Assembly (NCBI GenBank): GCA_944392145.1
Contig: CALXVS010000001.1
Span: 11,502 to 75,501 of the forward strand
Direction: 5' to 3'
Length of the DNA stretch: 64,000 bases
DNA from: an uncultured Alphaproteobacteria bacterium
Lineage (GTDB): Bacteria; Pseudomonadota; Alphaproteobacteria; CAAHEQ01; UBA3637
Position numbers and translations under genes: made by a program. Below are positions 45,162-54,016 of this stretch, in pieces (the stretch's first letter is position 1; each line of letters starts with the position of its first letter). Below the pieces are notes generated by a model. The model worked only from the letters and a program-made list of their open reading frames with translations, had not been told where the DNA came from and ran no database searches.

Positions 45162-45920
45162 CTATTTTTGCGTTTCGGCAATTGCCAAAAAATCGGCAGC
45201 CTTTAAACTGGCACCACCGATTAAGGCCCCATCCACATCCGAAACAGACAACAACTCGGCCGCATTGGCGGGTTTAACCGATCCACCATATAAAATGCGC
45301 ACGCGTTCGGCCGCCTCATGCCCCAACAGGTCATTTAACCGCGCCCGAATAGAGGCATGCATTTCGGCTACATCCGCTGTTGTGGGAACTTTACCTGTCC
45401 CAATCGCCCAAACGGGTTCATACGCTACAACCAAATTTGTGCCATCCGTTTGTGTCGGGCAAGAATGCATCACCTGCTCTCCGACAACAGCCAACGCCTG
45501 CCCGGACTCACGTTCTTCCAATGTCTCCCCAACACACACAATTGCCGTTAATCCGGCTTTCAGCACATTTTCGGCTTTTGCCCGCACAACGGTATTGCTT
45601 TCACCATACATGGCACGCCGTTCCGAATGGCCGACAATCGCATATGTCGCCCCGATATCGGCCGCCATTTCGGCGGAAATCTCACCGGTATAGGCGCCAC
45701 TTGATTTCGGGGCATCCGAAACATCCTGAACCCCGACACAAATCGGACTTCCCTGCACGGCCACCGCGACAGATGCCGTCAACGTAAAGGGCGGACAAAT
45801 TAAAATATCCGCCGAAACGGGAGTAGCCCGCAACCCCGATAAAATACCCGCAACCAATTCCTGTGAATCGGCTTTCAAGCCATTCATTTTCCAATTGCCT
45901 GCAATAAGCTTTTGACGCAT
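45162..45920 (-). CDS. tpiA: Triose-phosphate isomerase
   Basis: LIAGNWKMNG, VGHSERR, AYEPVWAIGTG, YGGSV. Confidence 0.95.
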   Translation of the reverse strand: MRQKLIAGNWKMNGLKADSQELVAGILSGLRATPVSADILICPPFTLTASVAVAVQGSPICVGVQDVSDAPKSSGAYTGEISAEMAADIGATYAIVGHSERRAMYGESNTVVRAKAENVLKAGLTAIVCVGETLEERESGQALAVVGEQVMHSCPTQTDGTNLVVAYEPVWAIGTGKVPTTADVAEMHASIRARLNDLLGHEAAERVRILYGGSVKPANAAELLSVSDVDGALIGGASLKAADFLAIAETQK

Positions 45921-46036
45921 GTTTTCTCCTTTTTCAAAAAAATGATGTTTTTACATATCACGTTTTTAAAAAATTTTCAAGCGCGAACTTTCTTTTTTAA
46001 GCAGCCGTTTTGCCTTTATCAGAACACCGCTTATTT

Positions 46037-48088
46037 TTACACACTTGTGACCAAGGCACATTTGTCGTCTTTCACCTGACGAATAGCCCCACAGGAAAGG
46101 CAACGCGCCTTTTCTTCATCTGTTGTCACCTTCGGTGTTTCGGCCGAATCGCACCGATAACAATAATCTCCCACCCAAAAGCGATCCACCGTCGTGCACG
46201 CGTCACATTGGTCTTTGCCTAACGCATAAGGAACCTTAACACCTTCCGTTATATTGCAATTGGCACAACCGATATGGTTAAAGTCCAAATCAGTTAAAAA
46301 TGTCTCTCCCGGGGCACAAACATCTTGGGGAATACAAAATCCACCCACAACCTGTCTTTTTAAAGTTGAACAATTTAAACATCTTTGCACAAGATATGGG
46401 TCTGAACCAACGGAATAAGGGCTTTTATCACCGCATGACCGACAATAATCGCCGGCATCAATAAAATGCTCTTCTTTACATCCCTCCGGATAAATGCAAT
46501 AAGACCCCACCACCACACGGTCACAGGCTTCACACGAAGCTTTTTCGACCTCGCTTTTTACGGTAATATGATTGCCCCATCCCGAATAATCACAGGGATA
46601 ACACGCCCCGTTATCCAACCGGACACCCTCACACTCTTTTATTTGACAATAACCGTCGTTTGTTACCTCACGATTACCGCAGGCAATACACATATCCGTT
46701 AACTCTTTATCTGTTCCAACAGCAATGGATGTTATCTCGCTGCACGCATAGCACCCACCGTCGGTCCCCTTAAATTCATTTTCTGAACAAACGATTTTTG
46801 TGCAATAACTGCCAATGACTTTACGTGTTTGAACACCGTTTTCTTGGCAGGCATTACACAAAGCTGATGAATCACTGCCACTGCTGTCTATATGAATTCG
46901 ATTACGCGAATTGGAACATGCCGTGCAGATTCGGGCATACCCGGTTGTTGAATCTGCTAAAAAATAGGCACCGGGTTGATCCTTTCCTAAACCATAACAA
47001 TATGTATTTTTGATACAAAACCACCCGTCAATATTCGTCCTTTGCGTCCCGCATTTATTACATTCGTCATTTGAAACCGGCGCCGGTCGGTTGTCAGAAT
47101 CACACGGATAACAAGTTCCGTAACGATCCATAAATTCATCTTCACCACAATTTTTAACACACTTTAAAACACCATTATATGAATTTAACTGACGATTACC
47201 GCATTTTAAGCACGTATTGCGCGCTGCTGTATTATCATTGATTTGAAGTTTACTGTCTTCATCGCACGGCACACAAGCTCCGGAAAGGCTTTCAAAAAAG
47301 CCCGGATCACACAAACTTTCAAAGCAAGCATTTGTATCGTCATTCCATTGATATCCGGCCGGACATTCACAGGCTCCCTTGTCCACATACGTGCCTCCCC
47401 CGCAGTGACACCGATAATCTCCGGGGTTAAATTCTGATCGCGCCGGACAGCTCCTCTCCCCGTTCACCAAATCGTTATTATAGATAAACGCCATGTCTAC
47501 CTCTTCGTCACTCCCGCATTGGCTCTCATCTATCAAGCACGCCTCCCAATCCGTCCCGCTCCCTCTCTCTCCCGCAACGATACATAACGGCGTCAGATAA
47601 TCTTTCATCAACTGACGACACTCTTTCGATCCTACCCCCTCTACATATATCTCAAAATAATCCAATCCCGGACACCCCAAATACGCATTCACACGATACC
47701 CTAAACCTGTCTCCTCTGAAAACCCGTCCGTTAAATCTTTTTCACACAGCGCATTTAACTCCTCACGACTGTAATTCCCTCCGATTAACTGATGCGACAA
47801 CGACAACGCCCTCATGTTCAGTTCATTCATCGTTTCATTTGCGCGATACTTCACCAACGCCCACTGATAGCCCCCCACACCTGCAATACTTAACACGCCG
47901 ATAATGGCCAACACACCTAACATCTCTATCATGCTGCGTCCCGTTTCGGACAAAAGGGGACGGCGGGGGGACGTTACAGTTGTGGACGATTTATCGCTAT
48001 CTGTAAGGCACCTCTGTCCGGCATGATATACTGTCCCTGATGCCGCTTTAAAAAAAACAAGCTTGTTGAATAATCTTTTGAAACGCAT
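46037..48088 (-). CDS. Pilin-like modular protein, paralog 3: 50-aa leader + prepilin-type motif + head region + EGF-like entry + ~7.5 six-Cys modules
   Basis: 683 aa with SD AAGGAG 7 nt before the ATG. MRFKRLFNK...PRRPLLSETG(50)|RSMIEMLGVLAIIGVLSIAGVGGYQWALVKYRANETMNEL. By my count it has about 59 Cys. The C-terminal ~45 aa are homologous to paralog 2. Confidence 0.85.
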   Translation of the reverse strand: MRFKRLFNKLVFFKAASGTVYHAGQRCLTDSDKSSTTVTSPRRPLLSETGRSMIEMLGVLAIIGVLSIAGVGGYQWALVKYRANETMNELNMRALSLSHQLIGGNYSREELNALCEKDLTDGFSEETGLGYRVNAYLGCPGLDYFEIYVEGVGSKECRQLMKDYLTPLCIVAGERGSGTDWEACLIDESQCGSDEEVDMAFIYNNDLVNGERSCPARSEFNPGDYRCHCGGGTYVDKGACECPAGYQWNDDTNACFESLCDPGFFESLSGACVPCDEDSKLQINDNTAARNTCLKCGNRQLNSYNGVLKCVKNCGEDEFMDRYGTCYPCDSDNRPAPVSNDECNKCGTQRTNIDGWFCIKNTYCYGLGKDQPGAYFLADSTTGYARICTACSNSRNRIHIDSSGSDSSALCNACQENGVQTRKVIGSYCTKIVCSENEFKGTDGGCYACSEITSIAVGTDKELTDMCIACGNREVTNDGYCQIKECEGVRLDNGACYPCDYSGWGNHITVKSEVEKASCEACDRVVVGSYCIYPEGCKEEHFIDAGDYCRSCGDKSPYSVGSDPYLVQRCLNCSTLKRQVVGGFCIPQDVCAPGETFLTDLDFNHIGCANCNITEGVKVPYALGKDQCDACTTVDRFWVGDYCYRCDSAETPKVTTDEEKARCLSCGAIRQVKDDKCALVTSV

Positions 48089-48298
48089 CTGCTGTCTCCT
48101 TTTATAAAAATACCGCCTTTTGTCTTAAATAAAGGATCGTTTTTTTTAGACATGGTTTTTTCATAAAAAAAGAAATACACAAAAAATACGTTTTCTTATT
48201 CAATTACAATAACTTATTTTTTCATTGACAGGGATTTTAAAACATGCTAATTTAATCCAAAAAGGCGTTACATTCTAACGATCCTTTTTTTTAGACAC
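48089..48298 (-). promoter_or_regulatory. Conserved 5' cassette of the pilin-like family (copy 3)
   Basis: The proximal block is 48089..48153 and the distal block is 48213..48298. Both are near-identical to copy 1. The 20-nt motif ggatcgttttttttagacat (48134) is repeated as cgatccttttttttagacac (48279), again exactly 145 nt apart. Hairpin aaaaaggcgtta-cattc-taacgatccttttt lies at 48259..48290. TTGACA-17-TAATTT sits on the + strand at 48225..48253. Confidence 0.6.
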
Positions 48299-48439
48299 TT
48301 CTAAAATTAAAGTTTTCCCTTATAAATCAAAGTATGCGAATACAATCGCTCTTATATTTTTATTTTCAACTTTTGTAATACGAACAACGTCTTTTTTATA
48401 TACCATAAAAAAGACATCAACCTATTTACAAAAATAAAA

Positions 48440-49090
48440 TTACAAAATAGAATCTAAAAACTTTTCAACGCTTGGCAGAACATTTTCAACCATAATCCCG
48501 ACTCCTTTTGCACTGGGGTGCACATGATCACTTAACAGGTTATCATTCGGCATTTGCATGGCAATCAAGCCGGTTCCGCGAAAAACACCCTCCATAAAAA
48601 ACGGGTATAAAATTAAATTGTTTTTTGCAGCCAAATCCGCATACATTTTTTTAAATTGCTGTGCATACGGGGCCGGTTTGACAAGCGGCACCTGCATCCC
48701 GATTAACATAACCGGAATATGATTTTTCCGAAACGCATCAATTATTTTTTGCAGGTTTTCTTGAATCACGGTAATATTTTCATCCCTGAGCGCATCATTG
48801 ATACCCAATTCCAACAAAACGGCATCGGGTCTTTGCGCCAATGCTTGTTGTATTTTACGAACACCGCCGGCGGCTGTTTCCCCCGACCGACTGAAATTCA
48901 AAACACGAATATTATCATATTTTTCGGCTAATGCCTGTTCCAATCGGCTATAAAACGCCTCTTTTTTATTTAAACCATGTCCGACACTTAAACTGTCTCC
49001 CATTACCATTAAATGAAACGGTTCAGCCCGAACCGGGCTTGTCATAACACACAGGCAACATAAAAAGACAACTTGAAAAAAACGTTTCAT
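48440..49090 (-). CDS. SGNH/GDSL hydrolase (arylesterase / TesA-like), secreted
   Basis: Signal peptide MKRFFQVVFLCCLCVMTSPVRA, GDSL block VMGDSLSVGHG, GINDA, and a C-terminal DHVHPS (DxxH). The start at 49090 follows GGGGAG. Confidence 0.85.
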   Translation of the reverse strand: MKRFFQVVFLCCLCVMTSPVRAEPFHLMVMGDSLSVGHGLNKKEAFYSRLEQALAEKYDNIRVLNFSRSGETAAGGVRKIQQALAQRPDAVLLELGINDALRDENITVIQENLQKIIDAFRKNHIPVMLIGMQVPLVKPAPYAQQFKKMYADLAAKNNLILYPFFMEGVFRGTGLIAMQMPNDNLLSDHVHPSAKGVGIMVENVLPSVEKFLDSIL

Positions 49091-49147
49091 ATTCAAACTC
49101 CCCTTTAAAACAAATATACGGCCTTTTACATCAAAGAACAAGTATTT

Positions 49148-50710
49148 TTATGGTCGTGTCACGGATATTCTGTTTTCAAACCGATTGAAAGAAACAACAC
49201 CCTGCAGTGCCCGTCCCATTACCTCCCGTATATCGGGGGCAAAAACCGTTTGTTCCCGTTGAACGGGAAATCCGTCCCCGCCGTCAGCTAAAAATGACGG
49301 CATGGCTACCCGATATATTTTGCCGGGTTCAACTGGTTGTCCTTGAATATTTATACGAATTATTTGACGCGTATCGGGATTAAATGTATAAGAAAACCCC
49401 GCCGGTAATATAAAAGCATTTGTCCGCGCACCCGGCGTATATTTTTTTAATCCATGCGTCACAAATGCGTTTAGGGCTTGCCCGTTCATTTCAACGATCA
49501 CTGCCGATGAATTAAACGGATATGCCTGAATCAAATGCCGATAGGTTATCTCCCCCGCCGGTAAGGCCGCCCGAACACCCCCGGCATTTAAAATCGCCAC
49601 ATCTGCCCCAAATGATTTAGCCGCAGACAACAAGGCGTCACTCAACACCTCTCCCACAGGGCAAGATACCCCGCAAAAAGATTTGTTTGGTGTCAATGAA
49701 ACATTTTGTGACGTAACGGCAAGCGATTGATCCAGTGTTTGTTCCAATATTTGGGAAACCGCCGCAATATCTGATTGAAACGCCGTATCGGGTGAAATGT
49801 TCATATCCACGGGAACCGAATCCCCTTTAAAAGCAATAATCCGCCCGTCATCATCAAACGTGACGTCAAGACGGCCGACAACGCGCCCTCCCATACCCGC
49901 CGTCACAATCAACGTTTTATCCCCCGTTTTTGACACGACTGCAATCGGATAAGGCCCTTCGGCCGTTTTATCATCCGAATCATTTGATAAAAAACTGTGC
50001 GAATGTCCGCCGATAATCACATCCAATTCGGGAACGACCCGGGCCAATGCCTGATCTGCCTTAAGCCCGATATGCGTTAAAGCGAAAATAACGTTAATCC
50101 CTTGTTGTTTGAAATGCATCACCTCACGGCGAACGGCTTGTGTCACATCTGTCAGATCAATGTCCCCGGCGCCGGCACATTCGGTTTTTGTCTCCTCACT
50201 TAAAACACCGATCAGGCCGATTTTCATCTGTCCGCGTGTTAAAACAACGGATGAAGTCACACGTTTTTTTAAAGGACTTGTATCCGGAAAAGTGACATTA
50301 GCCGCCAAAACAGGGGCAGAAACTGTTTTTAAAAAAGAGGTTAACTCCTCTAACCCATCATCAAAATCATGATTTCCCAACGCAAGAGCATCATATCCCA
50401 ACTGTTCGGTCAAACGGGCAATATCCTGCCCTTTACGCAGGGTATAAAACGGCGTTCCGGAAAACCGATCACCGGCATCCAAAAAAACCAAATCGGGAAC
50501 ATCTTGCCGCCATTGATCAATCAATCCTTTTAAGCGGGCATATCCCCCGCGACAATCAAAAGAAGTATCATTTTCCATGCATTCTTGCCCATCTGACCGA
50601 AACGGCACCAAATGGGCGTGCAAGTCATTTGTATGCGCGACAACCAATGTGTTATCTGCCCAAACCTCAAAAGATAAAAAAAACAAAAACAATACCGCAG
50701 CAAAACGCAT
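49148..50710 (-). CDS. Bifunctional metallophosphatase/5'-nucleotidase (UshA-like), secreted
   Basis: Signal peptide, then HTNDLHAH, DAGDRFSGT, GNHDFD, GGHSH and a C-terminal 5'-nucleotidase domain. The start at 50710 follows AGGAGA. Confidence 0.88.
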   Translation of the reverse strand: MRFAAVLFLFFLSFEVWADNTLVVAHTNDLHAHLVPFRSDGQECMENDTSFDCRGGYARLKGLIDQWRQDVPDLVFLDAGDRFSGTPFYTLRKGQDIARLTEQLGYDALALGNHDFDDGLEELTSFLKTVSAPVLAANVTFPDTSPLKKRVTSSVVLTRGQMKIGLIGVLSEETKTECAGAGDIDLTDVTQAVRREVMHFKQQGINVIFALTHIGLKADQALARVVPELDVIIGGHSHSFLSNDSDDKTAEGPYPIAVVSKTGDKTLIVTAGMGGRVVGRLDVTFDDDGRIIAFKGDSVPVDMNISPDTAFQSDIAAVSQILEQTLDQSLAVTSQNVSLTPNKSFCGVSCPVGEVLSDALLSAAKSFGADVAILNAGGVRAALPAGEITYRHLIQAYPFNSSAVIVEMNGQALNAFVTHGLKKYTPGARTNAFILPAGFSYTFNPDTRQIIRINIQGQPVEPGKIYRVAMPSFLADGGDGFPVQREQTVFAPDIREVMGRALQGVVSFNRFENRISVTRP

Positions 50711-50851
50711 TTTAATCTCCTGTTTCATAAAATAGTATGTTTAAACTCCTCTTGATTACAAGAGAAAAAAAGACTTTTCCAAAGATAAAAAATAATTGAC
50801 AAAACAAAAAATCAGCATTACAATTATTTAAAAAAATACGAAAGGAACAAT

Positions 50852-51379
50852 ATGCCTTATCCCGAATATTTGTATCCGCCTTGCAAAGAAACAAATCGCA
50901 AAGGGTATCAACAATATCAAAAAACAAAAAAGACACCCGTGTTTATTTACCCTTATGTTGCATATGCATTTAATGCTGATAAAGCAGTGTTGAATAACCA
51001 GCCGATAGATTTACAAGTTGTCTGTGACGGACAGCGCCCGCAAGACAACCTTGTTTTTCACGAAAAATTGATGAAAGATGCAGGTATTAGCCGTGATCAA
51101 TTACAACATCATGTTATTGAAGTCGGTATTATGGGCGTGGACGATAAAGGAAAACTGTTTCCGGTTTCCCGGTCCCACTTCGGGGTTGTTCCATATAATC
51201 ATAAAATTGCAAAAAGTAACTTAAAAAAAATTAAGAATAAAATCAATTTTTTCAGATTAAACAGACTCCAAAAACCGAATTTGCGCAACACGTTAAAAAA
51301 GGCACAAGAAGATCTGCCAACCTCAAAATTACCCGAAACAACTCAACGCCTTTTCCCAAAAGAAAACAAGGAACGTTAA
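50852..51379 (+). CDS. Hypothetical protein with Lys-rich C-terminus
   Basis: 175-aa ORF with no signal peptide and no recognised motif. Confidence 0.45.
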   Translation: MPYPEYLYPPCKETNRKGYQQYQKTKKTPVFIYPYVAYAFNADKAVLNNQPIDLQVVCDGQRPQDNLVFHEKLMKDAGISRDQLQHHVIEVGIMGVDDKGKLFPVSRSHFGVVPYNHKIAKSNLKKIKNKINFFRLNRLQKPNLRNTLKKAQEDLPTSKLPETTQRLFPKENKER

Positions 51380-51436
51380 ATACAATTTGCCCCAATTTGT
51401 AACATTCCACAAATCAGGGCAAATTAAAAATCAATC

Positions 51437-53866
51437 TTACTTTACAACAAGGCTGATCAATTTTTTCGGCACCACAATTGTTTTCACAATTTCTTTACCG
51501 TCTGTAAACGCTTGAACCGTCGGCAGGGCAAGGGCCATTTGTTTTAACGTTTCCTGATCCGTTTCGGGGGCTACGTTCAATTTCCCACGCACTTTACCGT
51601 TCACCTGAACCACCAACGTGATTTCATCACGCACCAAAGCACCTTCATCCACCACGGGCCATGATTGTTTAAAGACCGATTCAGTGTGTCCCATACGTTC
51701 CCATAATTCTTCACTTAAATGCGGTGCAAAGGGGGCTAACAACACAATATATGTATTTAAACACGCTTTTAAAAAGGATTTATTGACAGGTCCTTGCATA
51801 TATTTTACCAAGGCATTTAAATATTCCATCAATCGGGCAATGGACGTGTTAAATTGAAATAAATCCACATCCCGCGTGATTGATTTAACAGACGTGTTCC
51901 GCACAAAATCCAATTCCTTTTCTGCGGCACCCATATCCTGATGCGCCTCGGACAAAGTATCGTATTTATCAAACAACCCTTCAATCCGTTTGACAAACCG
52001 CGCCATCGCTTCAATCCCCGTATCACTCCACGGACCACCGTCGGTATAGGAAAAAGCAAATTCCAAATACATGCGCATCACATCCGATCCCATTTTTTGA
52101 ATATACGGATCCGGGGTAATGGTATTCCCTTTTGATTTAGACATTTTTTGCCCGTCCGGTCCCAAAATCATACCTTGATGCACCAAGGACTTAAACGGTT
52201 CGTCAAAATTCAAATATCCCATATCGCGCAACGCTTTTGTGATAAACCGCGCATAAAGCAGATGCATGGTGGCATGTTCTTGACCACCGACATATTTGTC
52301 AACCGGCAATAATTTATTGATTTTATCAGAATCAAATGCGGCGGTTTTATTTTTATTATCGGGAAACCGCAAAAAATACCAACTGGAATCCACAAACGTA
52401 TCCATTGTATCCGGATCACGCCGCGCCGCTTTGCCGCATTTGGGACAGGTCACATTCATAAACGCGGCACACCGTGCCAAAGGTGACTCACCGTCGGGAC
52501 GAAATTCCACATCATAGGGCAATTTAACGGGCAACGCCTCCTCGGGCACCGGCACAACACCGCAATGCGGGCAATGAATTACCGGTATCGGTGCCCCCCA
52601 ATACCGCTGCCGTGAAATCAACCAATCCCGTAACCGGAACATGGTTGTTAACTCCCCTTTCCCTTCGGTCGCTAACTTGGCCACAATAGCCGGAATCGCC
52701 TCTTCGGTTGTCATTCCCGTAAATTCCGCACTGTTAATCAATTGACCATGTTCACAAAACGGCAACGGCTGTTCTTTCCCGTTTTTATCAACAATAACGC
52801 GTGTTATCGGCAATCCGTATTTGGTTGCAAAATCAAAATCACGTTCGTCATGGGCTGGAACCGCCATCACAAAACCGGTGCCATACGTAGCAATCACATA
52901 ATCAGCCACCCAGACCGGCACTTTTTTACCGTCAACGGGATTGATTGCATAAGAACCCGTAAAAACCCCCGTGCGTTCCCGTTCGGTTGACATACGGTCA
53001 ATTTCGGCAACCTTGGCCGCTTGTGTTACATACGCGTCAACCGCTGCTTTCTGTTCGGGCGTTGTTAAACGCGCTACCGCCTCATGCTCCGGCGCAATCA
53101 CGACATAAGACAGCCCGTATAACGTATCGGCACGTGTGGTAAAAGCCTGCAACTTCATACCGTTATCAATATCAAATGAAATCAGAGCTCCCGTTGATTT
53201 TCCGATCCAATTTTTTTGGATTTTTTTGGTTTTTTCGGGCCAATCCAACGCATCAATGTCTTTTAACAACTCATCGGCATAATCCGTGATTTTAAAAAAC
53301 CATTGTTTCATTTTACGTTGCGTAACTTCAGACTTGCACCGTTCGCAATGCCCGTCTATTACCTGCTCATTGGCTAAAACGGTTTGACAACTGGGACACC
53401 AATTGACCGGCGCCTCTTTTTGATAGGCCAACCCTTTTTCATACAACTTTAAAAACAACCATTGCGTCCATTTATAATAATCCTCGTCGCACGTGCTTAA
53501 AAAGTAATTCAGGTCATAGCTGCCCCCCAACTGTTGATATTGTTCCAACATGGTTCTGATACTGGCATTGGTGGAATCTTGCGGATGCGTGCCGGTTTTA
53601 ATCGCATAGTTTTCCGCCGGCAACCCGAATGCATCAAACCCTTGCGGATGAAAAACATTGTATCCCTGCATCCGTTTAAACCGCGCCCACGTATCCGTTA
53701 CACCGTAATTATACCAATGACCGCAGTGCAAACTGGCCGCCGATGGATAAGAAAACATCTCCAAACAATAAAGTTTTTTATCTGTATTTTGTTCATCAAA
53801 GCGATACAAATCCGCATCCGCCCACTTTTTTTGCCATTTCTTATCCACATCAATTGAATATGCCAT
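51437..53866 (-). CDS. leuS: Leucine--tRNA ligase
   Basis: 809 aa with a HIGH-region variant [16 protein letters not shown] and the CP1 editing domain. Confidence 0.95.
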   Translation of the reverse strand: MAYSIDVDKKWQKKWADADLYRFDEQNTDKKLYCLEMFSYPSAASLHCGHWYNYGVTDTWARFKRMQGYNVFHPQGFDAFGLPAENYAIKTGTHPQDSTNASIRTMLEQYQQLGGSYDLNYFLSTCDEDYYKWTQWLFLKLYEKGLAYQKEAPVNWCPSCQTVLANEQVIDGHCERCKSEVTQRKMKQWFFKITDYADELLKDIDALDWPEKTKKIQKNWIGKSTGALISFDIDNGMKLQAFTTRADTLYGLSYVVIAPEHEAVARLTTPEQKAAVDAYVTQAAKVAEIDRMSTERERTGVFTGSYAINPVDGKKVPVWVADYVIATYGTGFVMAVPAHDERDFDFATKYGLPITRVIVDKNGKEQPLPFCEHGQLINSAEFTGMTTEEAIPAIVAKLATEGKGELTTMFRLRDWLISRQRYWGAPIPVIHCPHCGVVPVPEEALPVKLPYDVEFRPDGESPLARCAAFMNVTCPKCGKAARRDPDTMDTFVDSSWYFLRFPDNKNKTAAFDSDKINKLLPVDKYVGGQEHATMHLLYARFITKALRDMGYLNFDEPFKSLVHQGMILGPDGQKMSKSKGNTITPDPYIQKMGSDVMRMYLEFAFSYTDGGPWSDTGIEAMARFVKRIEGLFDKYDTLSEAHQDMGAAEKELDFVRNTSVKSITRDVDLFQFNTSIARLMEYLNALVKYMQGPVNKSFLKACLNTYIVLLAPFAPHLSEELWERMGHTESVFKQSWPVVDEGALVRDEITLVVQVNGKVRGKLNVAPETDQETLKQMALALPTVQAFTDGKEIVKTIVVPKKLISLVVK

Positions 53867-53962
53867 ATGTTTTTCCTTTCGGCTTAAAAAAATTAAAGTG
53901 GGTTTATTTTACTTGAAAAACCCGTAAATTTCAAGAACAAGTTTCACGAAAAACGTGTTTTA

Positions 53963-53991
53963 TTGACTTTTCATTCTGTTTAACATATCAT
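53963..53991 (+). promoter_or_regulatory. Candidate sigma70-type promoter for the eptA-like gene
   Basis: TTGACT (53963-68), a 17-nt spacer, then TATCAT (53986-91), about 25 nt before the ATG at 54017. Confidence 0.4.
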
Positions 53992-54016
53992 AGCATCATA
54001 TTTTTTTGAGGTATAA

